The notes beneath the pieces are model-generated. The model did no database searches. It saw nothing but the letters and a program-made list of their open reading frames with translations, and was not told the DNA's origin. Below, one piece after another: positions 8,394 through 16,971 of a DNA stretch of 32,000 nucleotides; position 1 is the stretch's first letter; each line of letters opens with the position of its first letter. The position numbers were made by a program, and so were the translations under genes. Location of the stretch: positions 3,332,411-3,364,410 of the forward strand of contig NC_020409.1 of assembly GCF_000341895.1 (NCBI RefSeq). Direction: 5' to 3'. The DNA is from Pseudodesulfovibrio piezophilus C1TLV30 (lineage in GTDB: Bacteria; Desulfobacterota; Desulfovibrionia; Desulfovibrionales; Desulfovibrionaceae).

Positions 8394-9026
8394 ATGCGTG
8401 ATGTTCCAATGACAGGTGTGGAAGAAGCCATCCTGAAAAGATACAGTGTCCGTGAATTTCTTCCTGATCCGGTGACGCCCGATCAGGTGGCCGCGCTCCT
8501 TGAGGCTGCCCGGCTGGCTCCTTCCAGTCTGAATTCTCAGCCGTGGCGGTTCAAGGTTGTTCAGGATGAAGAAAACCTGGCCTGGTTCGGGACCAAGCCT
8601 GTTTCCCGGAGCCAAACATGGCTTTCCAAGGCCGGAGCGATCTTTGTATGTTGCGCTGATTTGACTGGGTATGTGCGTGACTCCCAGGCCAGTGCTTTTT
8701 TTTACCGGGAACATGATCTTATCCGTGGTGACAGTATGGATGGAATTGAAGAATATGTAGAGCGGGAAGTCCATGCCTCTGAAACCGCACGTTTTGGTGC
8801 GGCGGCGATGAACGTGGGCTTTGCCGCTTCTTTCATGATGTTGCGGGCGGTGGAAATAGGGCTTGGCTCATGTTGGATCGGGATGTTCAATGAAACGAAT
8901 ATCAAGGCGCATCTGGGCATTGATCCGTCCTTACGTGTTGTCGGTCTGTTGGCGGTCGGTCATCCCGCTTCGGACACGCCCTCGGTGCGCAAGCGAAAGG
9001 AACTGGATGAAATAATTTTGCGGTAA
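8394..9026 (+). CDS. Nitroreductase family protein
   Basis: The ORF starts at 8283, but the ATG at 8394 has GGAGGTG 7 nt upstream. The sequence ILKRYSVREFLPDPVTPDQVAALLEAARLAPSSLNSQPWRF is the hallmark nitroreductase N-terminal motif. Confidence 0.85.
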   Translation: MRDVPMTGVEEAILKRYSVREFLPDPVTPDQVAALLEAARLAPSSLNSQPWRFKVVQDEENLAWFGTKPVSRSQTWLSKAGAIFVCCADLTGYVRDSQASAFFYREHDLIRGDSMDGIEEYVEREVHASETARFGAAAMNVGFAASFMMLRAVEIGLGSCWIGMFNETNIKAHLGIDPSLRVVGLLAVGHPASDTPSVRKRKELDEIILR

Positions 9027-9094
9027 TGTTGTTTTTCCGTTTTGATGAAGCTCCCCTCTCTCTCCTAAGAGGTAGGGGGCTTCTTGGTGAATAT

Positions 9095-9120
9095 GGCCCG
9101 ATGAACGGGCCTTTTTTTTT
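9095..9120 (+). terminator. Rho-independent terminator after the nitroreductase gene
   Basis: GGCCCG-atgaa-CGGGCC followed by nine T residues. Confidence 0.75.
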
Positions 9121-9250
9121 CGACTGGCAGTTCTCCCCACAAGACAGGCAGTTAGCGATGATCCTGGCGTGGGAGCGCATTGTTGCAGGCTTGCCAAGGT
9201 TGACTTGATGCCTTACTTGGCCGACGTAAGCCAATCGGGAGAGGAAAAAA

Positions 9251-10030
9251 ATGAGCACCGGAATCCGAACCATATTGATTGACGATGAGCTGCCTGCGCA
9301 GGATGAAATGAGTTATCTCCTGTCTTCTCATGATGATATCGAAATTGTCGCCACAGCCGACAATGCAGCAGATGCTATTGAGGTCATTGGCCGTGAACAC
9401 CCTGATCTGATCTTTCTCGATATTCAAATGCCGGGCAAGAATGGTTTTCATGTCCTCAAAGAGGTCATGAGTCTGGAACAACCTCCCCTGGTCGTGTTTG
9501 TCACCGCCTATGATAAATACGCCATTCGGGCTTTTGAGGAGAATGCGGTTGATTATATTCTCAAGCCCGTGTCCAGCGAACGGTTGGCAGCCAGCCTTGA
9601 GCGGGCAAGGAATCTCATGCATCCTGAAAATGTCGGTGACTCTGGTGCGGTGCTGCGAAAGCTGTTGGCAGATGTTGGTATCAAGCCGGGCATCACGCGC
9701 ATCAGCGTGGAACATTCCGGACGAAATATTCTGTTGAATCCTCGTGAGGTTGTTTATTTCAACTATGAGTGCCGCCGAGTCCATGCAGGGACGAAAGCAC
9801 AAGCCTATCCGTGTGCTTCCGACTTGACTCTGGATAAGCTTGAAGAAAGGTTAGGTGGTTTTCCTTTTTTCCGTGCCAACCGTTCTCAGTTGGTTAATCT
9901 GGCGCTGGTTCGAACCTATGCTCCCTGGTTCAACGGCAAGTATGTTCTGACCATGTGCGATGACGCGGAAACTGAAATTATCGTCAGCAAGGCTCGGGTT
10001 CGGGCCTTCAAGGATGCAATAGAACTGTAG
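9251..10030 (+). CDS. LytR/AlgR (LytTR) family response regulator
   Basis: Receiver domain (ILIDDELPA...DLIFLDIQMPGKNGF...VVFVTAYDKYA) plus a C-terminal LytTR DNA-binding region (FFRANRSQLVNL). The Shine-Dalgarno GGAGAGGA precedes the ATG. Confidence 0.9.
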   Translation: MSTGIRTILIDDELPAQDEMSYLLSSHDDIEIVATADNAADAIEVIGREHPDLIFLDIQMPGKNGFHVLKEVMSLEQPPLVVFVTAYDKYAIRAFEENAVDYILKPVSSERLAASLERARNLMHPENVGDSGAVLRKLLADVGIKPGITRISVEHSGRNILLNPREVVYFNYECRRVHAGTKAQAYPCASDLTLDKLEERLGGFPFFRANRSQLVNLALVRTYAPWFNGKYVLTMCDDAETEIIVSKARVRAFKDAIEL

Positions 10031-10041
10031 GCGGATGAGCC

Positions 10042-11742
10042 GTGGATACATTTGAAATCATTTTGGCACTGGCGGAGCGGTTCGGTTTGATCGTGGGCGT
10101 TGTTTTCCTGTTCATGACCATTGCGCCTGTGCAGCGAATGCAGGTCGTTGGTGTCCAGTCCCGTTGGAGAACGATACTGATTACCTTGCTTTTTGGTAGT
10201 TTTGGTATTCTGGGTACTTACACAGGAAATTCGGTCTTTCAGTCCGTGGCCAATCTTCGGGCCATGGTTGTTATCACCGGTGGTTTGTTCGGTGGTCCTG
10301 TCGTTGGAATCGGAGCCGGCCTGGTGGCCGGAATCCATCGTATCAGCACGGATTTTTACGGGTTCAGTGCGTGGCCCTGTGGTATTGCCACGGCTCTGGA
10401 GGGGCTGGTGGCCGGATTGTTGAGCTTCTGGTTGCGCGACAAGGCGATGAATTGGCGTATTGCCGCATCACTGGCCATTGTGGGTGAGAGTGTCCATATG
10501 CTCCTTATTCTTATCCTTTCACGTCCTTTTGACCAAGCCGTGGAGCTGGTCAAGTTGATTGCTCCTCCTATGCTTATCGTCAATAGTGTGGGGGCCGCGC
10601 TCTTTGTCGAGTTCATCAATATATTTTCTCGTGACCGGGAGCGGCGTGAATCCCTTCATGCCCAGATTATTCTGGATATCGCCAATATGGCGGTCAGCTA
10701 TTTACGGTTGGGCTTGAGTACCCAGTCCGCCGCAGCTACTGCGGAGATTATTCATCGCAGAGTGGGGGTCGCGGCTGTGGCCATTACTGATACACGCAAT
10801 GTCCTGGCCCATGTCGGTGAGGGCAAGGATCATCATCTTGCCGGGCATGAGATTCGGACCAGTGCGACGCGGGATGTTCTGCGTACCGGAAAGGCCGTTT
10901 TTATTCGGGGGACGGAAGCCATCGGGTGCAATCATCAAGCATGCCCGATGACAGCGGCCATCGTTGTTCCGTTGAACAAGAATGATGAGATCATCGGAAC
11001 TCTCAAGTTCTACGGGAGTGACAAACGGCCACTGAACAGTACGCTCTTCGAGGTTGCCAAAGGTCTTGGCAATCTCTTCTCCACTCAATTGGAGCTGGAG
11101 GATATTCAGATTGCCGAACAGATGCTCGCCCATGCCGAGATTCGCCGTCTTCAGGCGCAGATCAATCCGCATTTTCTTTTCAACTCCCTGAATACCATCA
11201 CGTCCTTCTGCCGGACCAATTCGGAACGGGCCAGGGAACTGCTCATGGACCTATCTCTTTATATGCGCCGCAATCTTGACTTGAGCCGTGGATTTATTCC
11301 ACTGAGCGAAGAATTGGAACAGGTCCGATCCTATCTTGCCATTGAAAAAGCCCGTTTCGGTGAACGTATCTCAGCTCATATGGATGTGGAAGAAGAATGC
11401 GAAACCTGGCCTATCCCACCGTTGATTATTCAACCGCTGGTGGAAAATTCCATTCGTCATGGAGTTTTGGCACGCAAACAGGGCGGAGAAGTGCGCGTGA
11501 GCGCTGTGTGTTCCGAGGATATTTTGGAGATAACCGTGGCCGATAACGGTGTGGGCATGGATGAAAACAGGCTGGCCCGTGTTTTGACCGAGGAAATAGT
11601 GGACTCCAGACATGGCGGTATCGGTCTGAGAAATTGTCTGAGCCGCCTGGAACATATCTACGGCCCGCACTATGTACCTCGTGTTGAGAGCGCCCTGGGT
11701 GTCGGGACCACCCTTGTTTTACGGATTCCCAAACGCGGGTGA
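10042..11742 (+). CDS. LytS/BtsS-type sensor histidine kinase (5TM-LYT membrane domain, GAF, His_kinase, HATPase)
   Basis: 566 aa with a GTG start. It has an N-terminal multi-TM region and the LytS-type H-box AEIRRLQAQINPHFLFNSLNTI. The ATPase region contains QPLVENSIRHG and DNGVGM. Confidence 0.9.
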   Translation: MDTFEIILALAERFGLIVGVVFLFMTIAPVQRMQVVGVQSRWRTILITLLFGSFGILGTYTGNSVFQSVANLRAMVVITGGLFGGPVVGIGAGLVAGIHRISTDFYGFSAWPCGIATALEGLVAGLLSFWLRDKAMNWRIAASLAIVGESVHMLLILILSRPFDQAVELVKLIAPPMLIVNSVGAALFVEFINIFSRDRERRESLHAQIILDIANMAVSYLRLGLSTQSAAATAEIIHRRVGVAAVAITDTRNVLAHVGEGKDHHLAGHEIRTSATRDVLRTGKAVFIRGTEAIGCNHQACPMTAAIVVPLNKNDEIIGTLKFYGSDKRPLNSTLFEVAKGLGNLFSTQLELEDIQIAEQMLAHAEIRRLQAQINPHFLFNSLNTITSFCRTNSERARELLMDLSLYMRRNLDLSRGFIPLSEELEQVRSYLAIEKARFGERISAHMDVEEECETWPIPPLIIQPLVENSIRHGVLARKQGGEVRVSAVCSEDILEITVADNGVGMDENRLARVLTEEIVDSRHGGIGLRNCLSRLEHIYGPHYVPRVESALGVGTTLVLRIPKRG

Positions 11743-11794
11743 TTTTTTTGAGCGCCTGATTTGGCGATTCGATCCTGAAAAATGACTGTTCATT

Positions 11795-11812
11795 CCGAAT
11801 CCGTGGATTCGG
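11795..11812. promoter_or_regulatory. Perfect 8+8 palindrome CCGAATCC-gt-GGATTCGG between the kinase and the CstA gene (candidate operator)
   Basis: Read directly from the sequence. It lies 71 nt upstream of the preferred cstA start. GGCATG recurs at 11811 and 11837. Confidence 0.3.
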
Positions 11813-11882
11813 CATGGAAAATCCTCCTACAAGGTGGGCATGCCGCCATGCGGTCCAACGCTTATTCCTGGAGGATTCAAGA

Positions 11883-13307
11883 ATGGTATTTTTCTTTGGT
11901 TGTATTGCCCTGCTGATCGTCGGCTATGTGGTATACGGCACATTTGTGGACAGAGTCTTTGCCCCCGATGAAAATCGTGTGACCCCGGCCGTCGCCATGC
12001 GGGACGGCATTGACTACATGCCTATGCCCAAGTGGAAGTTGATTTTCATTCAAGTGCTCGATATTGCAGGCATCGGGCCCATCTTCGGCCCTATTTTGGG
12101 TGCACTCTACGGCCCGGCAGCCATGGTCTGGATTGTCATAGGCTGTATTTTCGCCGGTGGAGTCCATGACTATTTCAGCGGGATGCTTTCCGTTCGCAAC
12201 AAAGGCGCTTCCATACCGGAGGTAGTCGGTGAATATCTTGGAATGTCCGCTCGCCAGGTCATGCGTGTTTTTTCTTTTGTATTGCTTATGCTGGTGGGAG
12301 TTGTCTTTGTTCTCAGTCCGGCCAAGCTGCTTAACGGTTTGACCGGCATTGACACCGGGTTGATGGTTGCCGCTATATTCTTTTATTATTTCCTGGCTAC
12401 CATTCTGCCTATTGATAAGATTATCGGACGTATTTATCCTTTCCTTGGTGCACTTTTGCTTTCCATGACAGTGGCATTGGTGATCGCTCTTCTGGCAAGT
12501 GGTCATGAATTGTTGCCGAATCTGGATATCATGACCAACACGCACCCCGGCGACAAGCCTTTGTGGCCTTTGCTTTTTATTACATTATCCTGTGGTGCCA
12601 TTTCCGGTTTTCACTCCACGCAGTCTCCTCTGATGGCTCGCTGCATGACCAATGAACGAGAAGGGCGATCCGTTTTTTATGGTGCCATGATCATTGAAGG
12701 GATTATCGGTCTGGTCTGGTGTGCATTGGGGCTTTCCTTCTACAATTCTCCTGAAGCTTTGTCCGCTGTTATCGCTGCCGGAAGCCCTTCCGCTGTTGTG
12801 GCTGAGGTTTCCCAAAGTCTTTTGGGAAGCATCGGTGGAGGGCTTGCCATCGCTGCGGTGATCATTCTGCCGATTACCAGTGGTGATACCGCGTTTCGGT
12901 CCACCCGCCTGATCGTTGCCGAAACCTTCAAGGTCAATCAGGAAGGCGTTCCCAAGCGGTTGATGATCGCCATTCCCTTGTTTGTCATCGGGTTCATGAT
13001 TTCCACTCAGAACTTCGGCACCATCTGGCGTTATTTCGGTTTTGCCAACCAGAGCCTGAGTTCCCTCGTGCTCTGGACCGCTGCCGTTTACCTTGCACAA
13101 CGTGGCAAGTTGCACTGGATCGCGACTGTTCCTGCCGTTTTCATGACTGCGGTGTGCGTGACCTTTATCTGCAATGCCCAGATTGGCTTTGGGCTGGATT
13201 ACACAGTCTCGGTCATCGCCGGTATTGTCGGGGCGATTGTGGCCTTTACCATCTTTATGGTGAAGTTTGTTTTTGGTGACAAGTCTGTTGCGGAGACTTC
13301 GGCTTAG
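11883..13307 (+). CDS. cstA: Carbon starvation protein A family transporter (CstA/BtsT-like, putative pyruvate or peptide symporter)
   Basis: The ORF starts at 11814, but the ATG at 11883 has GGAGGA 7 nt upstream. The sequence FIQVLDIAGIGPIFGPILGALYGP is the conserved CstA N-terminal signature. The protein is polytopic. Confidence 0.88.
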   Translation: MVFFFGCIALLIVGYVVYGTFVDRVFAPDENRVTPAVAMRDGIDYMPMPKWKLIFIQVLDIAGIGPIFGPILGALYGPAAMVWIVIGCIFAGGVHDYFSGMLSVRNKGASIPEVVGEYLGMSARQVMRVFSFVLLMLVGVVFVLSPAKLLNGLTGIDTGLMVAAIFFYYFLATILPIDKIIGRIYPFLGALLLSMTVALVIALLASGHELLPNLDIMTNTHPGDKPLWPLLFITLSCGAISGFHSTQSPLMARCMTNEREGRSVFYGAMIIEGIIGLVWCALGLSFYNSPEALSAVIAAGSPSAVVAEVSQSLLGSIGGGLAIAAVIILPITSGDTAFRSTRLIVAETFKVNQEGVPKRLMIAIPLFVIGFMISTQNFGTIWRYFGFANQSLSSLVLWTAAVYLAQRGKLHWIATVPAVFMTAVCVTFICNAQIGFGLDYTVSVIAGIVGAIVAFTIFMVKFVFGDKSVAETSA

Positions 13308-13339
13308 ATATTCTCGCTCACCTCTCTTCTCCAATACCC

Positions 13340-13371
13340 CTGACGCCCGTTTCATCCGAAGCGGGCGTCAG
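13340..13371 (+). terminator. Stem-loop after cstA (probable terminator, modest U-tract)
   Basis: CTGACGCCCG-loop-CGGGCGTCAG followed by TCTTGTCTG. Confidence 0.5.
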
Positions 13372-13566
13372 TCTTGTCTGAGGAGGGGAGTCCTTTTCTG
13401 ATGAAGAGAAGCCTCTCTTCACTGAACAGATGCTGGCCCCGTTCTCTTTTCTGTGCTCATTCTTTTGTCTTTTCTTGGGGGGCTCATGGCAAGAGTCAGA
13501 AAGCCCTGCTCATCAGAGACTTTTTTTGTTTGCACAAATTTTCAGTCGGTCTTGACGTAAGATTGA

Positions 13567-13598
13567 TGTCATGACAACAATTCTGTTTTCACTATAAC
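13567..13598 (+). promoter_or_regulatory. Candidate sigma70 promoter overlapping a 10-bp perfect palindrome (possible MarR operator)
   Basis: The palindrome TGTCATGACA (13567-13576) overlaps a -35-like ATGACA. A 16-nt spacer separates it from the -10-like TATAAC (13593-13598). It lies very close to the marR start, so the leader would be short. Confidence 0.3.
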
Positions 13599-13618
13599 AA
13601 CAACGCCATGTGGAGAGT

Positions 13619-14077
13619 ATGAGTTATCCTTATTCAACCGTATCAGTAACAGAAACCCTTGGATTTCAATTGTATCTTTCAGCCCGCTTGCTCAAGGCTC
13701 GATTCCGGCGTGCGTTGGTGGATGCCGGATGTGAATTGACACCTGAGCAACATGCGGTTCTGCGTAAATTGTGGGAGTGTGAAGGAGTTCATCTGAACGA
13801 GCTTGCCCAGAGTATCTTCAAGGATCGGCATAATACGACACGCATAGTCAAGAATCTTGAGAAGAAAGGGCTTGTATATAAGCTTCCACATGAAAAAGAT
13901 GCACGACTTACCCGCTGTTTTCTGACCGAGGAAGGAAAGCAGCTCATTCCGGGACTTGTGGACATTGCTACGAGTCATCTTTCCGAAGTGTTCAAGGATA
14001 TTGATGAGGAGGACAGGGTGGTCATGCAGCGAGTGCTTGGACAGTTGGTGATGACTCTGGAAAACGAAGTCGAATAA
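13619..14077 (+). CDS. MarR family transcriptional regulator
   Basis: The winged-helix region LTPEQHAVLRKLWECEGVHLNELAQSIFKDRHNTTRIVKNLEKKGLVYK is typical of MarR. The start is ambiguous between ATG 13619 (GGAG 3 nt upstream) and GTG 13610. Confidence 0.85.
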   Translation: MSYPYSTVSVTETLGFQLYLSARLLKARFRRALVDAGCELTPEQHAVLRKLWECEGVHLNELAQSIFKDRHNTTRIVKNLEKKGLVYKLPHEKDARLTRCFLTEEGKQLIPGLVDIATSHLSEVFKDIDEEDRVVMQRVLGQLVMTLENEVE

Positions 14078-14088
14078 TTTTTTTGTAG

Positions 14089-14110
14089 GACTGTTGTCTT
14101 GGCAACAGTC
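14089..14110. promoter_or_regulatory. Inverted repeat GACTGTTG-N6-CAACAGTC between marR and the cupin gene (candidate MarR operator or RNA hairpin)
   Basis: Perfect 8-bp arms with no following T-run. It lies 30 nt upstream of the cupin ATG. Confidence 0.35.
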
Positions 14111-14139
14111 TGTGAAAACCTGAAAAAAGGAGAAATCCC

Positions 14140-14424
14140 ATGCCTGACATTACCCGTGTTTTCAAAGGTCCTGAAAATGATTTTGAAGTTGAAATCGTGT
14201 ATGCTGGTTCAGAGGACATATCTCCGAAGGAAGCCCATGAGTATGTGGAATATATTTTTGTGGCAAAGGGCAGTATGTCTCTCAGCAGGAGCGATCAGCC
14301 GGAGAGTGTCATTTATACTGCTCCGGCGACCGTGGAAATTCCCTGTGGAGTGGAGCACGTCATTGATGTTCGGGAAGACGGCTCCAGATTGATTGTCATT
14401 CACCCCGATCGAACGGACGTATAA
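14140..14424 (+). CDS. Small cupin-fold protein (94 aa)
   Basis: Good Shine-Dalgarno (AGGAG, 7 nt spacing). It has cupin-like motifs (EAHEYVEYIFVAKGSM and VEIPCGVEHVI). The family call is by pattern only. Confidence 0.6.
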   Translation: MPDITRVFKGPENDFEVEIVYAGSEDISPKEAHEYVEYIFVAKGSMSLSRSDQPESVIYTAPATVEIPCGVEHVIDVREDGSRLIVIHPDRTDV

Positions 14425-14443
14425 GCTGGAGGATGAAATCAGA

Positions 14444-15619
14444 ATGTCCAATGCTCATTCACGCATCCGTTCACGTCTGCAAATGTGGACACTGCTGCTG
14501 GGAAGCACCATGACGGTTATGGCCGGGGCAGTAATTGCTCCGGCTCTGCCGCAGCTGCTTGAGGTCTTTCACGATGCACCCCATGCGGAACTGGTCGTCA
14601 AGCTCCTGCTGGCGATTCATGCGCTTTTTATCGCCCTTTCTGCTCCGTTTATCGGTGGTTTCATGGATCGGTGGGGGCGCAAACCTGTACTTGTGGCATC
14701 AATCATCCTTTATGGTGTCGCCGGAAGCTCGGGCTTTTATCTGAATTCGCTGCTGGGGATATCATTGGGACGCGCTTTTCTGGGCGTTTCCGTAGCCGGT
14801 ATCATGAGCGGTTTTACTACTCTTATTGGTGACTATTATAAAGGGGAAAAACTTCACAAGATCATGGGATTGCAGGCGGCTTTTGCCGGTTTTGGCGGAT
14901 TGGTATTCCTGACTGTGAGCGGGGCCCTGGCCGGATTTGGTTGGAGATTGCCATTCCTTGTCTACCTCTTCGCTTTTTGCGTGCTGCCGGGAGCTCTCTT
15001 TTTCCTTTCTGATACTCCCGCGCAACAGGGAATGAATCATGAAGTGAATGAAAATATCACATTTGAAAGTGTGCGTTCCCCCCTCCTTGGTATCTGCTGT
15101 ATCGCTTTTATCGGCATGATGATGTTCTATCTTGTCCCGGTTCAGCTTCCTTATCTTCTTCATGACATGCCGGGTGTCAGTTCCATGCAGGTCGGACTCG
15201 CTATCGGGATCATGAATCTGGTGGGTGCATTGAGTTCCACTCAGTTCAAAAAAGTCAAGGAGCGCTTCTCGCATCAGCAGATAGTCGCTTTGTTCGCCCT
15301 GTTTATGGGGGGAGGCTATGGGCTTCTTGGGTTGGCACAATCCTATGGTGTTGTCGTGATCGGACTTGTCATCAGCGGGATAGGATTCGGCCTGCTCATG
15401 CCCAATGTCAATGTATGGGTTGTTTCGCTGGTACCCCAGTCCTTGCGCGGTCAATCCGTGGGATGGCTGACGACATTTTTTCTGCTGGGGCAGTGTGTTT
15501 CTCCGCTTCTGGCAGAGCCATTTGTCAAGGGGGTTGGAATTCAGGCTGTCTATGGGGGAGCCTGTGGCATCCTTTTATGTATGGCCCTCTTCTTTGTCTG
15601 GTTTGCCAGGCGCAATTAG
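14444..15619 (+). CDS. MFS transporter
   Basis: The ORF starts at 14393. I prefer the ATG at 14444 (MSNAHSRIRSRLQMWTLLLGS...), which follows GGAGGA. About 12 hydrophobic segments are visible, with the MFS loop motif GGFMDRWGRKP. Confidence 0.85.
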   Translation: MSNAHSRIRSRLQMWTLLLGSTMTVMAGAVIAPALPQLLEVFHDAPHAELVVKLLLAIHALFIALSAPFIGGFMDRWGRKPVLVASIILYGVAGSSGFYLNSLLGISLGRAFLGVSVAGIMSGFTTLIGDYYKGEKLHKIMGLQAAFAGFGGLVFLTVSGALAGFGWRLPFLVYLFAFCVLPGALFFLSDTPAQQGMNHEVNENITFESVRSPLLGICCIAFIGMMMFYLVPVQLPYLLHDMPGVSSMQVGLAIGIMNLVGALSSTQFKKVKERFSHQQIVALFALFMGGGYGLLGLAQSYGVVVIGLVISGIGFGLLMPNVNVWVVSLVPQSLRGQSVGWLTTFFLLGQCVSPLLAEPFVKGVGIQAVYGGACGILLCMALFFVWFARRN

Positions 15620-15825
15620 GGGCCGGGGTATGCGAACCCTGTTCTCGCGGCCATAAGAGCATCTCCATTCGATTGATCGTATCGCTCTGTATTAAAAAGA
15701 AAAATAAGAAATCTTCCAAGAATTCTTCAAGCAATTGTAACATTCCGATGTTGCACTAAATCGTGTAAGGCTATAACACGCGTTTAAATTGGCTATTCGT
15801 CTTGTCTTTTTAACGGAGTGAGATC

Positions 15826-16884
15826 ATGAAAAAAATCCTCGTATTCGCTATTCTGGCTATGTTCGCCTTGGCAGGAACGGCCCAGGCAGAAACCTTGAAA
15901 CTCTTGACTTGGAAAGGGTATGCTCCGCAAAAGCTGATTGATACCTTTGAAAAGGAAACCGGCATCAAGGTCGAAGTCACTTTTTCCAACAACGAAGAAA
16001 TGATCGCCAAACTGCGGGCAACTCGCGGTGCTGGGTTTGATCTGGCACAGCCTTCTCAGGACCGTATTTCCTCAGTGCAGGAAAAATATCATCTTTATCA
16101 AGCCGTTGATTACTCGAAGATCGAATCGGGACTTTTTATTCCGTCCATGCTGGATGCCGTGAAAAAGAATACCCAGGTGGGGAGCGATTCCTATGCCGCC
16201 CCGTTCTGTTGGGGAACATCCGGACTGATCGTCAACAGCGACAAAGCTGCGGATGCAGATTCTTTCAAGGCGTTGATCGATCCCAAGTACCAGGGACGTG
16301 TGAGCTACCGTCTCAAGAGACCGACCCTTATCGCCATGGGGTTTGCTTTGGGCTATGATCCTTTTGCCCTGTATGGGGATGTCAAAGCGTATAAGGCTAT
16401 GCTTGATGATATCGCCGATACCCTGATCAAGGCCAAGCCAGTTGTGAAGAATTATTGGGCCAACGGTGATTCCATGCTTGAATCCATGCGCTCCGGCGAA
16501 GTTTTCGTGGCCATGGCCTGGGATGCCGGCGGATGGAAATTGCACGGAGAGAATAAGGCTATCGATTTTAAGGCTCCCAAAGAGGGGGCATTGGGCTGGA
16601 TTGATACCTTTGCCATTCCTGCCAAAGCCAAGAATGTTGATGCCGCCTACAAGTGGATCAATTTTATCATGAAGCCCGAAAATGCCGGATATTTCTCTTC
16701 TCAGGAGAAGTATGCCACTGCATCCAATGGTGCCTTGAAGTACACAGATGAAGCCGTGGCAGCCAACTTCGCCCGTGCTTTTCCGCAGGATGTCATTGAC
16801 AACATTAAATGGTATCCGCCTGTTCCGGCCAAGTTGGAAAGTCTGGAAGGCAAGATTCTTGACAAGATCAAGGCTGCCAACTAG
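15826..16884 (+). CDS. ABC transporter periplasmic substrate-binding protein, PotD/PotF-like family
   Basis: Signal peptide MKKILVFAILAMFALAGTAQA. The LTWKGYAP start of the mature protein is typical of spermidine/putrescine-type SBPs. A GGAG Shine-Dalgarno is present. Confidence 0.88.
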   Translation: MKKILVFAILAMFALAGTAQAETLKLLTWKGYAPQKLIDTFEKETGIKVEVTFSNNEEMIAKLRATRGAGFDLAQPSQDRISSVQEKYHLYQAVDYSKIESGLFIPSMLDAVKKNTQVGSDSYAAPFCWGTSGLIVNSDKAADADSFKALIDPKYQGRVSYRLKRPTLIAMGFALGYDPFALYGDVKAYKAMLDDIADTLIKAKPVVKNYWANGDSMLESMRSGEVFVAMAWDAGGWKLHGENKAIDFKAPKEGALGWIDTFAIPAKAKNVDAAYKWINFIMKPENAGYFSSQEKYATASNGALKYTDEAVAANFARAFPQDVIDNIKWYPPVPAKLESLEGKILDKIKAAN

Positions 16885-16911
16885 CCCTGAATTGCTTGCT
16901 GTCAAAAACAG

Positions 16912-16942
16912 AAGGCGGGAGGTCGAAACGATCTTCCGCCTT
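16912..16942 (+). terminator. Intercistronic 13-bp stem-loop after the SBP gene (partial terminator or mRNA-stabilising hairpin)
   Basis: AAGGCGGGAGGTC-gaaac-GATCTTCCGCCTT (includes two G-U pairs), followed by ATTCTCATC with no strong T-run. It lies 30 nt before the ATPase gene. Confidence 0.4.
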
Positions 16943-16971
16943 ATTCTCATCATTCAACAGATCAAGTAGCT

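Noticed and set aside
13374-13574. A 66-aa plus-strand ORF between cstA and marR. A similar 89-aa ORF lies at 6556..6825 in the lar leader.
   Set aside because: There is no ribosome-binding site and no recognisable motif, and the composition is rich in Cys, Ser, Leu and Phe. They are more likely promoter or leader DNA.
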